Part shown: piece by piece, positions 50,132 to 63,598 of the stretch | How the letters are laid out: the number at the start of each line of letters is the position of its first letter | Numbering within the stretch: position 1 is the first letter of the stretch | Assembly: GCA_012295275.1 (NCBI GenBank) | Contig: CM022672.1 | Location: forward strand, 11,222,001-11,286,000 | Length of the DNA stretch: 64,000 nucleotides | Origin: Chrysomallon squamiferum | Taxonomy: Eukaryota > Animalia > Mollusca | Direction of reading: 5' to 3' | Made by a program: the position numbers and the translations under genes | Notes under the pieces: generated by a model | Told to the model about the DNA's origin: nothing | Databases searched by the model: none | Seen by the model: only the letters and a program-made list of their open reading frames with translations

Positions 50132-53100
50132 TCAACCAGACAGGTCTTGAGCATTAAACATATCCTGGTCATAGCGCTCTGCTCGCACTATTCTGCCACC
50201 AAAGTAACGGCCATTCAGAGAACTTATTGCTTTTTCAACAGCTGAAAAAAATAGTAAATAATGTAAATAAATACATTTTTTCTTAAAGAAAGAAACAAAA
50301 AATATCATTCTAAAAAAATAAATAAATGTCACTGTCATGGTACAGAAATACATTTTCATAAAATAACTTTTTATCATTTATCTGAATCATTTCTTTTCTT
50401 TTCTGTATCATGAATGTTTTCAAATAAAAATCTAAAACTTACATCAGTCAAAAGTTTGTATTAAAAAAGAAAATTTTTGTTTGCTTTATAAAAGACCTAA
50501 ATAATTTTTTTGGACAAAAAATTAAAAAAATAAAAATTCTGTTCATCTCAATTATCTTTTAAGTCAGTCTATATCGTTTTTACTGTACTTAGAAGACACA
50601 ACTCCTTAAGTTTAAAACAGATAAAGCATGCCAAATTCACCTTCTTGTGATGAAAATTCAACAAATATTTTGACAATAACTTCCGCATCTTCATCTTCAC
50701 TCTGTTTTTCTTGATATATGATAACTCTATTAACAACACCATAACGACCACATTCTTCTGTCACCTCATCTTCTAGGTCGTCATCAAGGTCTTCTTTCCC
50801 CACCATGTTTCGTAGAACCATTACTCGAGCCTACAGAGAAAGAAATAGTAACTCAGAGAAGGCAGTTCTTTACTTAGAATGGTTTAAAAGGCATTAATGT
50901 ATTTCCAGATCACAGATTTTATATATATATATTAAAAAGAAATGAAAAAATATTAAAAGTTATGTCCCAGTTAATGACTAGAATAGTAGATATGGTTATT
51001 TTCTATCATATTTGTGAAACATTTTATGAAAATGAAATAAATCTAGTTTAATTTTGAAAGATATGTTTAACCAATAATGAAACCAAACACTATTTAATTA
51101 CATATAGATGACTTCTAGCTATACTAATGATAAAAAAAAATAATACAAATTCATGGCAGTCTTATGAGAATAAATGAATCATGGCAGAAAAATTAATGTT
51201 AATAAAATAGGTTAATACAGATCTATTTCAGATTTAAAATATGTGAAAGTCTACTAACCTCTGACTGCCTCATCAACTTCTGCATGACCATGTGTCTTGC
51301 ATTGCTGCCACTGATCTTCATGCTCTCCTGCTGTTCCAGAGACTGATGCTGGTCCTCTTCTTGTTTCTGGGTTCCATTTGTTTTTGCTTCTTTTTCCTGG
51401 TCTGGGTTTACAGTTGACAGTGATGCTGCAATAGCTGTTGCATTAGCTTTTTGAAAAACAAAAATTATACATACATTTAAACTTTTAGTTAAAATATTAT
51501 TTAATCATTACTGTTATTATTATTATTATTATTTTTCTTTTTACACATGTAAATTAGAAAACTACATTTAATATATAAGAATATTCACTGCCCTTTTTTA
51601 AAAATAAACTCTGGAGAAGGAAAAAGTATAATATTTTTGCATACAACGTGTAATGTAAGACACATTATAAAAGTTATCACATGCTTACACAAGGCCTTTA
51701 CTTTTACATACAAATTATAATAATAATTATAAAAAAAAAAAAAATCTTTTAAGAAAAGAGAAAAAGATGAACCTTTAGTAATTTATTTACACATCTTTTA
51801 TCTAAATAACTGAGAAATTAAGAAAATGGTAAAAATAAATTTCATACAGAAAAATGATTCTGATAAACATAATACACTTAAAAAAAAATGAGCAAAAAGT
51901 CCCCACTGCCCCAAAAAATCCGTAATGAAAAATCAGAAATAGCATCATAATAAACTGAAGTAGCTCTAAACACTTACCAAGAGAGTTTGCCACTGGAAGA
52001 GACACTGTTGTAGTTGCTATCAGTGGCATGATTGTAGGAGTTGTTATTGGAAGAGGTGTTAAAATCGGAGGCTGGCCAAGCTGTGTTGGTACTGCTATTG
52101 GTGGTGGAGGAAGTATGGGCACAGGTACAGGTGACGACTGTTTCAGTGATGGAGGTGACGGGATACCATTTCCAAGTGTCGTTGGCATAGCCAGACCAGG
52201 TGGAGCCTTTGTTGTTTTTGAAAAAAAGAAAAGAAATAAAGTAAAATAATAATAATTAATACAGCAAAGTAAATAATAATAATACAAAAAATTAATTTAT
52301 CCTTTTTTTTTTTTTTTTTTATATCTTAGCATTTTAAATCAGAAAGAATTAGAAAACAGTAAATAAATATTTTTCTTAATACACCTGATCTGTCTTGAAA
52401 GAACATACTTTCAGTATTAAATAAACCTACCAGGACTGCAGCTGTTTGTTGTTGGGCATCCATAGCAGTGATCTTTGCTGTAACAGCAGCAGCAGCAACG
52501 GCAGATGCTGTTGGCATACTGCTGGGTCCTGTTGGTGCCTGGAGAGCATTTGGAGGTGTTATTGCCTGAAATAATCAATGTTGTAAAAAATAAAATAATA
52601 ATATATAAAACTGTTTTTATAGGTGTTTAAAGAAATCATCACTACAGCCTATCAAAAAATATTTGTTACTTTTTTCTTAAGGATGGTACTGGTTACTAAT
52701 TAATATTAAAAATGATTTAACAAAAACAATACATACTCTGCCAACACGCAAGTATTGTCCTCCAAGATCAAATAGATTCATAGATGCAACAGCATCTAAT
52801 CCTGACTGCTGATTTTCAAATTCTATGAAGCCATAACCTCTGAAAAACAAATGATTTACACATAAATACAAAAGTTTCAGCACTATTATTAATAATAATC
52901 ATTTAAAATTTCATCAATGGCTAATGGATCACAACTATGATTAATCTAAAAAATCAATCTCACAATAACCAGATTGTAACTTCTTTGTAATATATATTTA
53001 ATTATTGTTAGGATTTAAAAACAAGTATATATCTTTAATAACTGAAAAACTGTCTCAACATACTAGCTCATATTTTAATTTTTTTGTTTGTTTTAATCAC

Positions 53101-56100
53101 AAGACTTAAACCTATCATGAGTTGATAGCTAATGATTTAACTTTCTCATTGATAACATAACATCAGTTGTAAAATAAAATTTAAAATGCCACTTACTTGT
53201 GTTTACCAGGTTTTGTTGGATCTTGAGCCAGTTTACATGAAATAATTTTGCCAAAAGCTTCAAACACACTGAAATAAAAAGCATTAAATATGCATTTTCT
53301 GAAATACTCCATCCATAATATTATTAATCACAGGCAATTTGTTTTGCACTGAAAGCAAGGTATCCAAAATTGTTCATACATTTTATTTGTCATGGTTGCA
53401 ATCTTGATTTTTCATACAGATACAGTGGCACATTTAACAACTAATTATGGATTACTTTTGTTTCTTGCCACTGATGATAATTATAATGCAGTAATAGTAC
53501 ATATTTAATTTTTATAATAATGCTTCTGTCAGACTGTGTGGGTTAAACATATTACTATATCTTACTTTAAAATTATTCATTTATTAATTTATTTCTGATA
53601 ACCTTTATTAATAATAAAATATTTCAATAATATAATTAGCTCTTTAGGATAGATACAAGTTACCATTTTTATTTGTTTCAGAATGGCATTTCACACAGAA
53701 AAATGATTCCCAACAGATTCATGCATATGGTAACTTTTACATCATTTATTCACTTATAAGTAGCATAATGGTATCAAAAGTCAATTCAAGACATATTAAA
53801 GGCTTACCTCTGTATGTCTGACTCTGATAAATCATTGTGGATAGATGCCACATAAATTCTGTTATAGTTCTTTGCTTCCTCTGCCAGTTGCTCTATGATT
53901 GGTTGAGCTTGTGGCATGTTACTGGGTCGACCAACCTAGAATATATATAGAAATTTGAATACCACTTACAAAAATTAAAGAATAAATAAATAACAACCCT
54001 GCCACAAAACCCAAAACAATTGAGAATGTTTTTGTTTGGAAAATGAAAATACACCCTGAAAAGAAAAAAACAGTCATTCCCAGATTCCATATTCAATACA
54101 AATATTAAAAATCTTTTCCATAGTTTACATGAAAACATTCATAAATACACTGCATCATAACTGTCAGCAAACCAACAGATGAAATTTCAATATATCTATG
54201 ACAGCAGAAATACAATATGACATAAAAAAACATAAGAAATAAAACCACAGGCAAATCTGCCGAAGTAAATCTATTCATATTATTTTTGAGTGCTTTGAGG
54301 TTGATAATGCCATAAAAACTGACCTTGATATTGCGACCACCGATCATGACTCCATTCATCTGCTCGAGAGCAAGCTGAGCTGCTTCAGGAACCTCATATT
54401 CAATGAAGGAAAATCCCTTGTGCTTATTTGTAATGGGATCCCAAGACAAGTTCACACTCTTGATAGGTCCAAAGGGAATGAATGATTGCTTTATTGTGTC
54501 CTCCTTGATTTCAAAGTTTATACTGCCGACATATATCCTAAATAAAACAAAATATACATCTCATTATTATTAGTTCACAGAAAACAGAAAAAAAATTACA
54601 ATCTGGGATGTTTTTACTTTAAACTTTCAAGAAAAAAAACTTTAAATTTATCTTTGAATTTATGAAGAAAAGATCATTTTTGTTTTTTTTAAATTGTTTA
54701 ATTTGGGTTTCTTTTTTTGCAGTTCAATTAATAATGACAAAATGGTCCTGTTAAATATAACATTTTCCCTGAAGTCGTGACATAATTGCATACAGGGTGG
54801 ACCACTCTGCTTTAAAGTTTCTTCCATAGCTGTTAAGAAAAATACATCTATCAGTCCACCATGTACACGATGACATCACGACTCCAGATGTAAAATGGCA
54901 GCATTTAAGTGTTTTGGAGCAGTAACATTTCATCGTCATACTTTGTTTTGAATGATGATAGGTTGCTGAAAGTAAAAAAAGAAAAAAAAAGAAAAGAAAT
55001 TTGAAAATCTATTTTACATTAAACATGTAAAAGATCAAGAAATCAATGATTTTATTAGATTACATTTCTTTAAAAGAGAAAATTGTGTACAAACCTGCAC
55101 ATCAAGGCCAAAGCTTGCTGTCTTTGTACAGTTGTTTGGAAATTCTGCATTTGCTGTAAATAACAATAATAAATGTAATATCTGCTTAGAACAACAACAA
55201 AAAAATACATTTCAAACTACATTTAAAACAAGTAATTATAAATAAAAATAATTGACTTTAAAGAATTTTAAATGCAATCTGCAAAGTTAGAATACATTAT
55301 TATTTTTAAGAAAAAAAAAAGAAAAAAAATAGAGAAAATAAATCCAATTAAAATTTTCAAAACTGTAAAAGTGAAATATACCGAGAAATATGTATAGTTT
55401 AGTCATTAATATCAAATTATTTCAAATAAAACAAAAATTTGTCTCTATTTCTGCACAGGCCATGTTGAATATTATGGAAAATATTTTACCTGTTGTTGAT
55501 GTGCAATTGTTTGCCGAACCAGTACACTTTTGATACTCTGTTCCATAGCATACTTCTTAGCTTTCTGAATGAGATCTTGCTGGGAAGAAGAAAGCTTCGG
55601 AGGTGTAAACAGCTTTATTTCTCGTTTGGCACCAGGACCCTCCAACAAAGGCCCAGTCTGATTTGCCTGGAGTATGAGGTCTTCTGAATTAAGAAAAATG
55701 AAACTGTCAGATATATTGTTATCTTAATACACATACAAAAAAAAAAATAAAAAAAAAAAAATAAAATAAAATAAAATAAAATAAATAAATAAAAAAACAA
55801 TTAAAATAAAATAAATAAGAACAAGACTTCAAGACCAACAGTAAAATTAAACATATAGTATGAATAGATACAAACAAATGTCAAATACAGTCAATGCCTT
55901 ACCAACATATGACAAAATATACATACAGATAAAGATTTTTTCAGTTGTATTCATTTCAACTTTTGCCTGATGTAACAGCAAATCAATGAATGAACAAGAA
56001 AGAAAACAATTCTTCTTTCTGAAAAACAATTCTGAACATCAAGCAGATGTTCCGCACTTCTTGTAAAGATGGGTTAAAAAAAAAAAAAAAAAGTTTCTAA

Positions 56101-58729
56101 AATGTGGGAAAAACTTTCCATCCCACCCCACTGATACTAAGTACAAGAGTGCAAGTCGAGTCTTATGAAACATTGTTTACCGCTTCAGTGATGAATGTAA
56201 GGCCTCTGTTTAGCCCTTTTTCGGGGCTGGCCCTGTTCTCTTGGCTAGAAGCCTTCAAATACATGTTGTCTGTTATGGAGGCACGCTTTTCACTTCTACT
56301 ACCATTGCATATGAAAAACACAGAAAAAGAAAAGAAAAGAAAAAGAGACGTAAGTAATCAGTTTCTACACTGAATTCCTTATAACCGTAATGGTCCTCTT
56401 ATTCTTTCCGACACCTGCAAATAAAACTCTTGCAGAATATACAATCAAATTCATGATATTAAATTCTGCCGAATTAATTCTGGTGAAATCCGAAGCATGC
56501 ATTACCCTTTGATCAGTGCAGGAATTTCATTAGCATGTTTGGGCTTTACAAAACATTTAAAGTGATAGTATTCAGGGATACCTTACATTAGTAATACTTA
56601 CTCTAATTTTGTAAGTTCCTTTAGATAAATGAAATATTTTGTAATATACACCTTCGACATAGTAGAAGTATGATTAAATTGTTTTGGAAACTTTTTTGTA
56701 ATCAGAGACAAAAGAAAACTATGACTTATCAGTGGGAAAATACTGATTATTTTGAAAAAATAATAACATCTTGGATAAATTGTTTTCTTCCAACAGCACA
56801 TTGAAGGGCATTAACTCTCAAGTTTGTTTTTCATTTTTTTCTCTCCAGAAAAAAATGTATTAATTATTGATCTATTTAAATAAGTGAATCAAATTCTTTT
56901 ATTAATTTCTGTGCCAGGTTAATTGTACATCAATATCAGTCTCTCACAAACAACATTCGGAAACTAAAAAAAACTGCTGAACAATTTTAAATGTAATTTT
57001 ATCTCCAAAATATATCAGAAACTCAATATACTAAGCAAACATATACAATCAATAAAAAAAACCCCAAATAATGTTATTATATTTATCACAACAGATGAAA
57101 AAAATACCAGACATTTTTCTTAAGACAGAAATATATCAGTGTTCCTCAATAAAGCTGTGTTCTGGGAACAAATATGAATAACTGAAAGTGATAAAAATTT
57201 AATATTTGGAAATGCTTCTGGTATGTTATTTTGTTTCCCATTAGTAACAAAAATTGCAAATTGTTATTGTTTAAAAAAGTAAATGGGTTTTCACAAAATT
57301 AAAAACTTTTTATTAATAATTTTTGTAACTGCAATAAGAAAAATACATTATTATTTTTACTTATCCAGTAAAAGCCAAAAAAAAAAAAAAAAAAAAATTG
57401 TTTTTAGTGTTTCTTAATTCCTTAGAAAAATGTTTTAGGACAGTTTATCTTCTATTTAGACCTCTTAGAAAAAGAAAAAAAAAACTAAAACTAATTTTAA
57501 TGTTATTTGTAAAAAATAAATAAATAAATAAATAAATAAAAAAATTAAAATTAAAATAGTTTCTCCCAGAAAGATTAGTAAAAATAAATTTCCAGTTTGT
57601 TAACTGGAAATAGCAATCTTGGGAGTATTCTTGTGTCACTTTTGCTTCAGATATCAACTTGTGAATTGATTAAGATGAACCTGGAAAAAAAAGAATAAAA
57701 AAAAAAAAAAAAAAAAGAGAAATTTTAAACTAGATTTAAGTTTTAGTTTTGAGCAGTGTATGTTGAAATTAAACTTAAAATTTATTATACTGAAATAATC
57801 TAACTTTGAAAAAAAATAAAAATAAAAGATGAAAAAGGAAAAAAAATTATAAAGAAAAAACATATACACCATTTGACAGTTTTTATTATAATTATTTCTA
57901 ATTACTAACAATCAGTATTACAGGTTTGTTCCTTTTAAGAGAAAAAGTAAACAACAGTTCTGTTACTAATCAAATAAAACAAAATTTATTCTTCCAGAGT
58001 AACAGCAGCAAACATTATCGGCTTTGCATATTTCTCCACCAAGGGTCATGTTAGAGATGATGTGCTTCACTGTAAAAATACAGACAAGAAAAGAAAAATC
58101 TTTTGAATTTAGGATGCTGTGGCATATACAACATGCTTAATAATCAATCAGTATACTTAATGCTGTATTTGTGATTTATGCTTAAGATTAGTTGCAGAGG
58201 AAAAAGAACATAAAATCCAAGGACAGCAAGGTGCAAATAATTTCCATTTGAAATTGTGTCGCATATAACAAAATTTCACAGGGTGTTTTACTGCTTAAAT
58301 GCTATAGATTGATTTTAACTTAATCAGGGGTTTTATTATAAAAAGTTAAAAACATGGATCCTCCAGTACAATATGAACACTAGACCCATCCCCAAAATGT
58401 AACTTATTATTCTGTTTATAATATTAAATTCAGAAACAGTAGTGTAGTGGCTATATCAAAAATGCATATTTCATGCCATATAAAATTAGTTAAGATATTG
58501 ATTTTTCTTGAATAAAATGACCCATTTCAATTTTTAATTAATACCAATCAACATTAAAAACAAACAAGTTTTTATGGTATCTTTTTCTATATATTTTGTT
58601 TAAATTTCAATTAAATGTAAAGCTAATTCACACTAAAATTTCTGGAAATTTCAGCTGTATACAGTTGACTGTTTCTGCTTCACTCAACAGCACGAAGATC
58701 ATTAGAATTCCTATAAAAATACAGACAGG

Positions 58730-58760
<31 letters not shown>

Positions 58761-61469
58761 AAAAGATTATATTAAAATGAAAAAAAATATATAAAAACTT
58801 CCTAATCATATTAAAATGAAAACAAAAAAAAGACTTCCAACATATATTATATTAAAAAAATAAATACATCAATGTCTCAATCACTTATTTTAATGAAAAA
58901 AATATATATATAAAAACTTCCAAATCATATTATATTAAAAAAATAAAAATAAATCAATATCTCAATCACTTATTTTAGGAACTAAATGTTATAAAATTAT
59001 TTAATTTCTGAAGAAGAAGAAAAAATGGATACCACTGCTATCAGTGAATATTATTTTTTTATTTTGTCTTTTTCAAACAGCAGAAACATCATCAGTAAGT
59101 TAAGAAGATGAAGCAGTAAGGAAATTATTAATTCTTCTTTTTATTTTAAATCAGTACAATTTTACATAAGCTTTCAAATGATAAGCATCTACACAACAGA
59201 ATAAACATTAACTGTGGTGCCAAATAATAGCCTAAATACATTGTTTATTCTTTTAATCAGAATTTACAATTTATATAAAAAAAATAATGAGAGCTGCCTT
59301 TTTTCTTTCTTATTTAGTAGTGTACTATATTGTAGAAAGATTAGATTGGTGGGTTGTAGCATACAAAATTCCAAAATATATATTTCTGATACCACTTAAT
59401 TGTAGTAAGCAGGTCTGGTTGATAAAAAAAATTGTATTGCATTTTCTTATAGCAAAATGATGATGTGCATCAAAAATGCTGTGTTGCTAACATTACAATT
59501 GTTCAAGTCTCAGACCCAGTAATTTTAAATATATTAAAAAAATTCATCGGTTTATTATTGTGGATTCATTATTACGATTATGACATCTTGCATAGAAATA
59601 TATATATATATAAATAATAATAAAATAAAAGACTGGAATGTACATGTATCTTTTTTGTGATCTGATTTCTATCAAAAAGTGATGCCCAAATTATACAAGA
59701 AATAAAAATAAAAGTGTCTGTAAATCTTTACATCATTTAAACTTAGCAATGATTAACATCTTCATAGTAGTTAAAATGTTGACTGAAAGTACTTAAGCTT
59801 TATGACTGCACCACTAGAAGTACATTCTAAACATTAGCAAACATGTACATAGAAGCTAATTATAGCACAATTTATGGCTAAATAAATTTTAAGTTCATCA
59901 ATAAATGGAAAACTGTTTTTAAAATATCTCATTTACAACTAAAGAAAGAAAATGATACAAATATATGTATAAAATAAAAATGAAGCTGATCATATGGCAA
60001 GCAGAGAATTCTGTTGACATTTGATATCTTCATGTTTGTTGATGCTTTCTTGCAATGATGTTTTTCCTGGAGATGACATAACAAAGAAAAAATGCATATA
60101 GATTATAATCTAATCATGGAAAGTGACTGATTACAAATTGTACACTACGAGTAAGATAGCAATTTGAATAATGCACACACACAGAAAACAACTATAACAT
60201 ATTTCTCTCAAATAAAGCAAAAAATAAATAAATAAATAAATAAAAAAACAAAAAATGTATCTAATGATTTATTTTAATTCCCATTATTTTGAGTTCTTTG
60301 ATACTAAATTCATATTAGTACAACTTTCTCTGACAACATATAATATTAACACAATAACCATGTACATCTGTTTTGGTAACCTTTATGTTAACAAATGCCA
60401 AAAAAATATTGACCATTATGCAGCATGTTAACAACAGAAATAACATCTACATTTCTCCACTGAACACAGATTTTTCAGTGAAATACCTACAAAGGATGCA
60501 AAACCCAATACAAGGTCACTGGTGTTCAAATTTTGATCAAGCAACGCATTAAGGTCATCTGAAAAGAAAAACTAAGACCAAACTGGTATTGTAGGAATAA
60601 AATTGTTACAATAAAAAGAACTTAAGCTTACTGACAAGACAATACAAAACATGTATATATACAAAAATGGTTTAAAGATATCTAAAAACATGTTACAAAA
60701 TGCTATACAAATGTGAATAAAGCAGTCTCTGAATGTTATTCTAAGCAATACAAAACACTTCTGGTATGTTGTTGGTTTTTTGCTTTTTTTTATTGAAAAT
60801 TAACACATTTTGAAAATAATTAAAAAAATATAACATGAACAGAACAAAACTGAACAAACTATGAAAAACAACACTGGAATGGACATATGTTAAAAAGATG
60901 GGAAAAAAAATAATTTCATTTACATCTTATCAAGTTTCAATTCAGAAGTTTAATGAGTAGCAAATCGCAACTGTCATCATTTCAGAATTTATGTTTTATA
61001 TTTTATATATAGAGATTTTCTAAATAAGTTATGCCAACAGCATTAAAAATTTCAAAAACATTTTGTGAATAATTTTCTAAAAAAAATACGTTCAATGCCA
61101 GTGTTGCTTTTTACAGTTTGAATAGAAAAATGATAAAATTGAACCTACCATAATCCATTTTCAGTTTCTTGGCAAGCTGTACATCCTAAAATATAACAAA
61201 ATATAACAGACATAATTAAACAGTAAAATAGTTTGTTGTCAAACAGGAAACAAATATATGGTTAACATTTTGACACATTCTACAAAAAGAATATGTGAAA
61301 AAATTACATGTCACTTTCTCTGTTGAATATTTTTACTTCTTTTAACACAAAAATTAAAAATTTTTAATGAGAAAACTGTAGATAAATTTAAATATCATTC
61401 TCTTCATTCTGTGCCAAAGTTTGTCTGCAGTGTTCAGTGAAATAAATTTTATTTTATTATTTAAATATG

Positions 61470-61519
<50 letters not shown>

Positions 61520-62215
61520 CATTTTAATCTGATTGAACATTTGTCTATCTACTGGTCAGTGAACTAACTATTGTTAACAAATCAAATATCCCAAAGAACA
61601 AGGGATAATTTCTCAATGTAAAACAATTAATATTTGAAATACTTTTACATGTACATGTAAGTAAATAAATAAAATTCAGCTTGTTCAACACAATTTTAAT
61701 TTCAAAATAAGCAATACCATCTCTGTTATCAAGTGTCAACTTTTTTTCTGTTTTTGTTACATTTGTTGATCACTACTTGATTAGCACAGTATCTCCAACT
61801 CAATGAAAGTGTGGCACTTACTACTTAATATTCTTTTTTTACCGAGTATATTTTCAAAGGACAAATCTCTTCATTATCATGTATTCTGCTTTTACCATTT
61901 AGCATAAATAACATGCAGAAGAAAAAAACAACAACTTAAAAAACAAAAAACGCTGCTTTCTTTCCCTCCTCCATCAAATACTGTAAACTAAACTGATCAA
62001 TTGATTTTTCAATGATTATGGTAGGTACGGGTTCACTGTGTCATTGTTGTTTTGTTTATTCATTGTCTACGTAAACAAAAGATACAATAATTATACAACA
62101 ATGAGATAAGAAATTTTTGTTTAAGTTTAACCACATCATAAAGTCCACGATCTATAAATCACCAGAAATTAACAAATTTTGTCCGATTATTGCTTCGACA
62201 AGGCATGGCGGCCAT
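50132..62215 (-). CDS. PUF60: Poly(U)-binding splicing factor PUF60/half pint (RRM1-RRM2-Pro/Ala-rich-UHM); 5'-most exon(s) uncertain
   Basis: Phase-consistent minus-strand exons: 61149-61185, 60487-60558 (possibly cassette), 55490-55683, 55095-55153, 54324-54537, 53808-53935, 53197-53268, 52737-52839, 52431-52565, 51978-52206, 51259-51446, 50641-50830, 50132-50241. Motifs [110 protein letters not shown]. Probable start AAAATGGCCGCC at 62215; its splice to 61185 could not be resolved (possible small exon near 62038-62067). Confidence 0.93.
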
Positions 62216-62520
62216 TTTGATTTTGTACATGTATGCACAGCGATACAAAATAATGTATAATCAAAGCATGAAATAATGTTATCATTATATAAATATGCAT
62301 TTAGGTGTATCATCCATTTATACATGTAATATATGTAAAATTACAAACCTCAGGTGGCATAATATCACTGAATCCGTCCATTTGCATGGGAGGCAGTTCA
62401 TCTACAAATTGCATTTATTTTCACACTTGCAGAAGTTACGGTTTATATAAATGTTGTTCTTAACAAACTTATGGAAAAGGATTAAAAATTACACAAATTC
62501 AAATTATTAAAATAACGTAA

Positions 62521-62568
<48 letters not shown>
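62521..62568. repeat. (AAT)n microsatellite
   Basis: Direct reading. Confidence 0.9.
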
Positions 62569-62971
62569 TTTCACTTTTCAGTTGAACTAAAAGTTTTAAT
62601 TTCGGTTACTTCAGTGCTGGAGAGGTGGAATAATCTTGAAAAGTTTTGTAATGAACAGACAACTAAACCACCTTTCTTATCGTTCCTAGGTTTCTGGCTG
62701 GTTGAATGTTACACCGATTATCACACCTTTTTTTTTATTTATTAAACATTTTACCTTCACTTTAGGTTTTAGATCATCGATAGTTATTTCAGAAGTAAGG
62801 AAGTTATTTATAATATTGTTACTATGTATAAATTAAACTGAAATATGTTTCAAAATAATAATAATAATAAACAGTATACTATACAGTATACTCTATAGTA
62901 TATAATCATATACATACTTTCATCCGTCAATTGATACATACATGCAAACATTCATTACGTATACAATGATA

Positions 62972-62975
62972 TACA

Positions 62976-63004
<29 letters not shown>
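62972..63004. repeat. (TACA)n microsatellite
   Basis: Direct reading. Confidence 0.85.
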
Positions 63005-63007
<3 letters not shown>

Positions 63008-63210
63008 CATGATTTTATTTCATGATTTGGTTACAGGAGGTACCATGTCTCAGTTGTATGTTATTTCACAAATACTGCGAAGAAATTATAATTCAAGATT
63101 CGTTATTTCGTTTCGGAATATTTTTCGACAACGGATTTCATTAGTTTCCGGTCTTATTTTATTTTGGTGAGACACTGGTTTTGGCTCGAAACACGTGGGA
63201 ATAAAAACTA

Positions 63211-63598
63211 ATGGGTAAAATGAAAAAAGATAAAAGAAAATCAGAGGGTGGCGATGACACAGAGAAAGAAGACACCTGGGAACAAAAATCAAAGTACTTG
63301 TGTGCTATAGCACAACCACTTGCACCGAGAAAATTAACTAAGCGGTTATATAAAACTATTAAAAAAGGTAGGTACTCAGTAGAACGTTGTTTAATTAATG
63401 TTCATTTCATTGAAAATAGGTCAAAATCTGCTATCTGCTCCAATATAGTATTGAAAGTAAACCTTTTATACAATTTTGAAAAAATTATAGCATATTATAT
63501 ATTTAAAGTCTTTTTGGTTGGTTTTCAGCGGGGAAACAGAATCAGTTACGGAAAGGTGTTCGAGAAGTACAAAAATATGTCCGAAAAGGTGAAAAAGG
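63211..63598 (+). CDS. NHP2: H/ACA ribonucleoprotein complex subunit 2 (NHP2), first two exons join(63211..63367, 63529..63598); gene continues beyond the window
   Basis: Spliced translation ...AIAQPLAPRKLTKRLYKTIKKAGKQNQLRKGVREVQKYVRKGEKG matches the NHP2 pattern of the L7Ae family; donors g|gtaggt and gg|gtaaga, acceptor ttttcag. Confidence 0.93.

Larger units (their letters stand above)
62216..63210. promoter_or_regulatory. About 1-kb divergent promoter region between PUF60 and NHP2
   Basis: Head-to-head starts at 62215 (-) and 63211 (+). YY1-like AAAATGGCCGCC overlaps the PUF60 start; octamer ATTTGCAT at 62380-62387; CpG-richer near both starts. Confidence 0.55.

Noticed and set aside
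60940-60990. Box C (ATGATGA) and box D (CTGA) on the minus strand in a PUF60 intron
   Set aside because: Boxes are only about 30 nt apart with no convincing terminal stem or recognisable rRNA guide; too short for a C/D snoRNA.
62603-62612. CGGTTACTTC 10-mer as in vertebrate vault RNA, about 220 bp downstream of an octamer motif
   Set aside because: No box A context before it, no box B, and no terminal stem; an Infernal search with the Rfam vault model would settle it.
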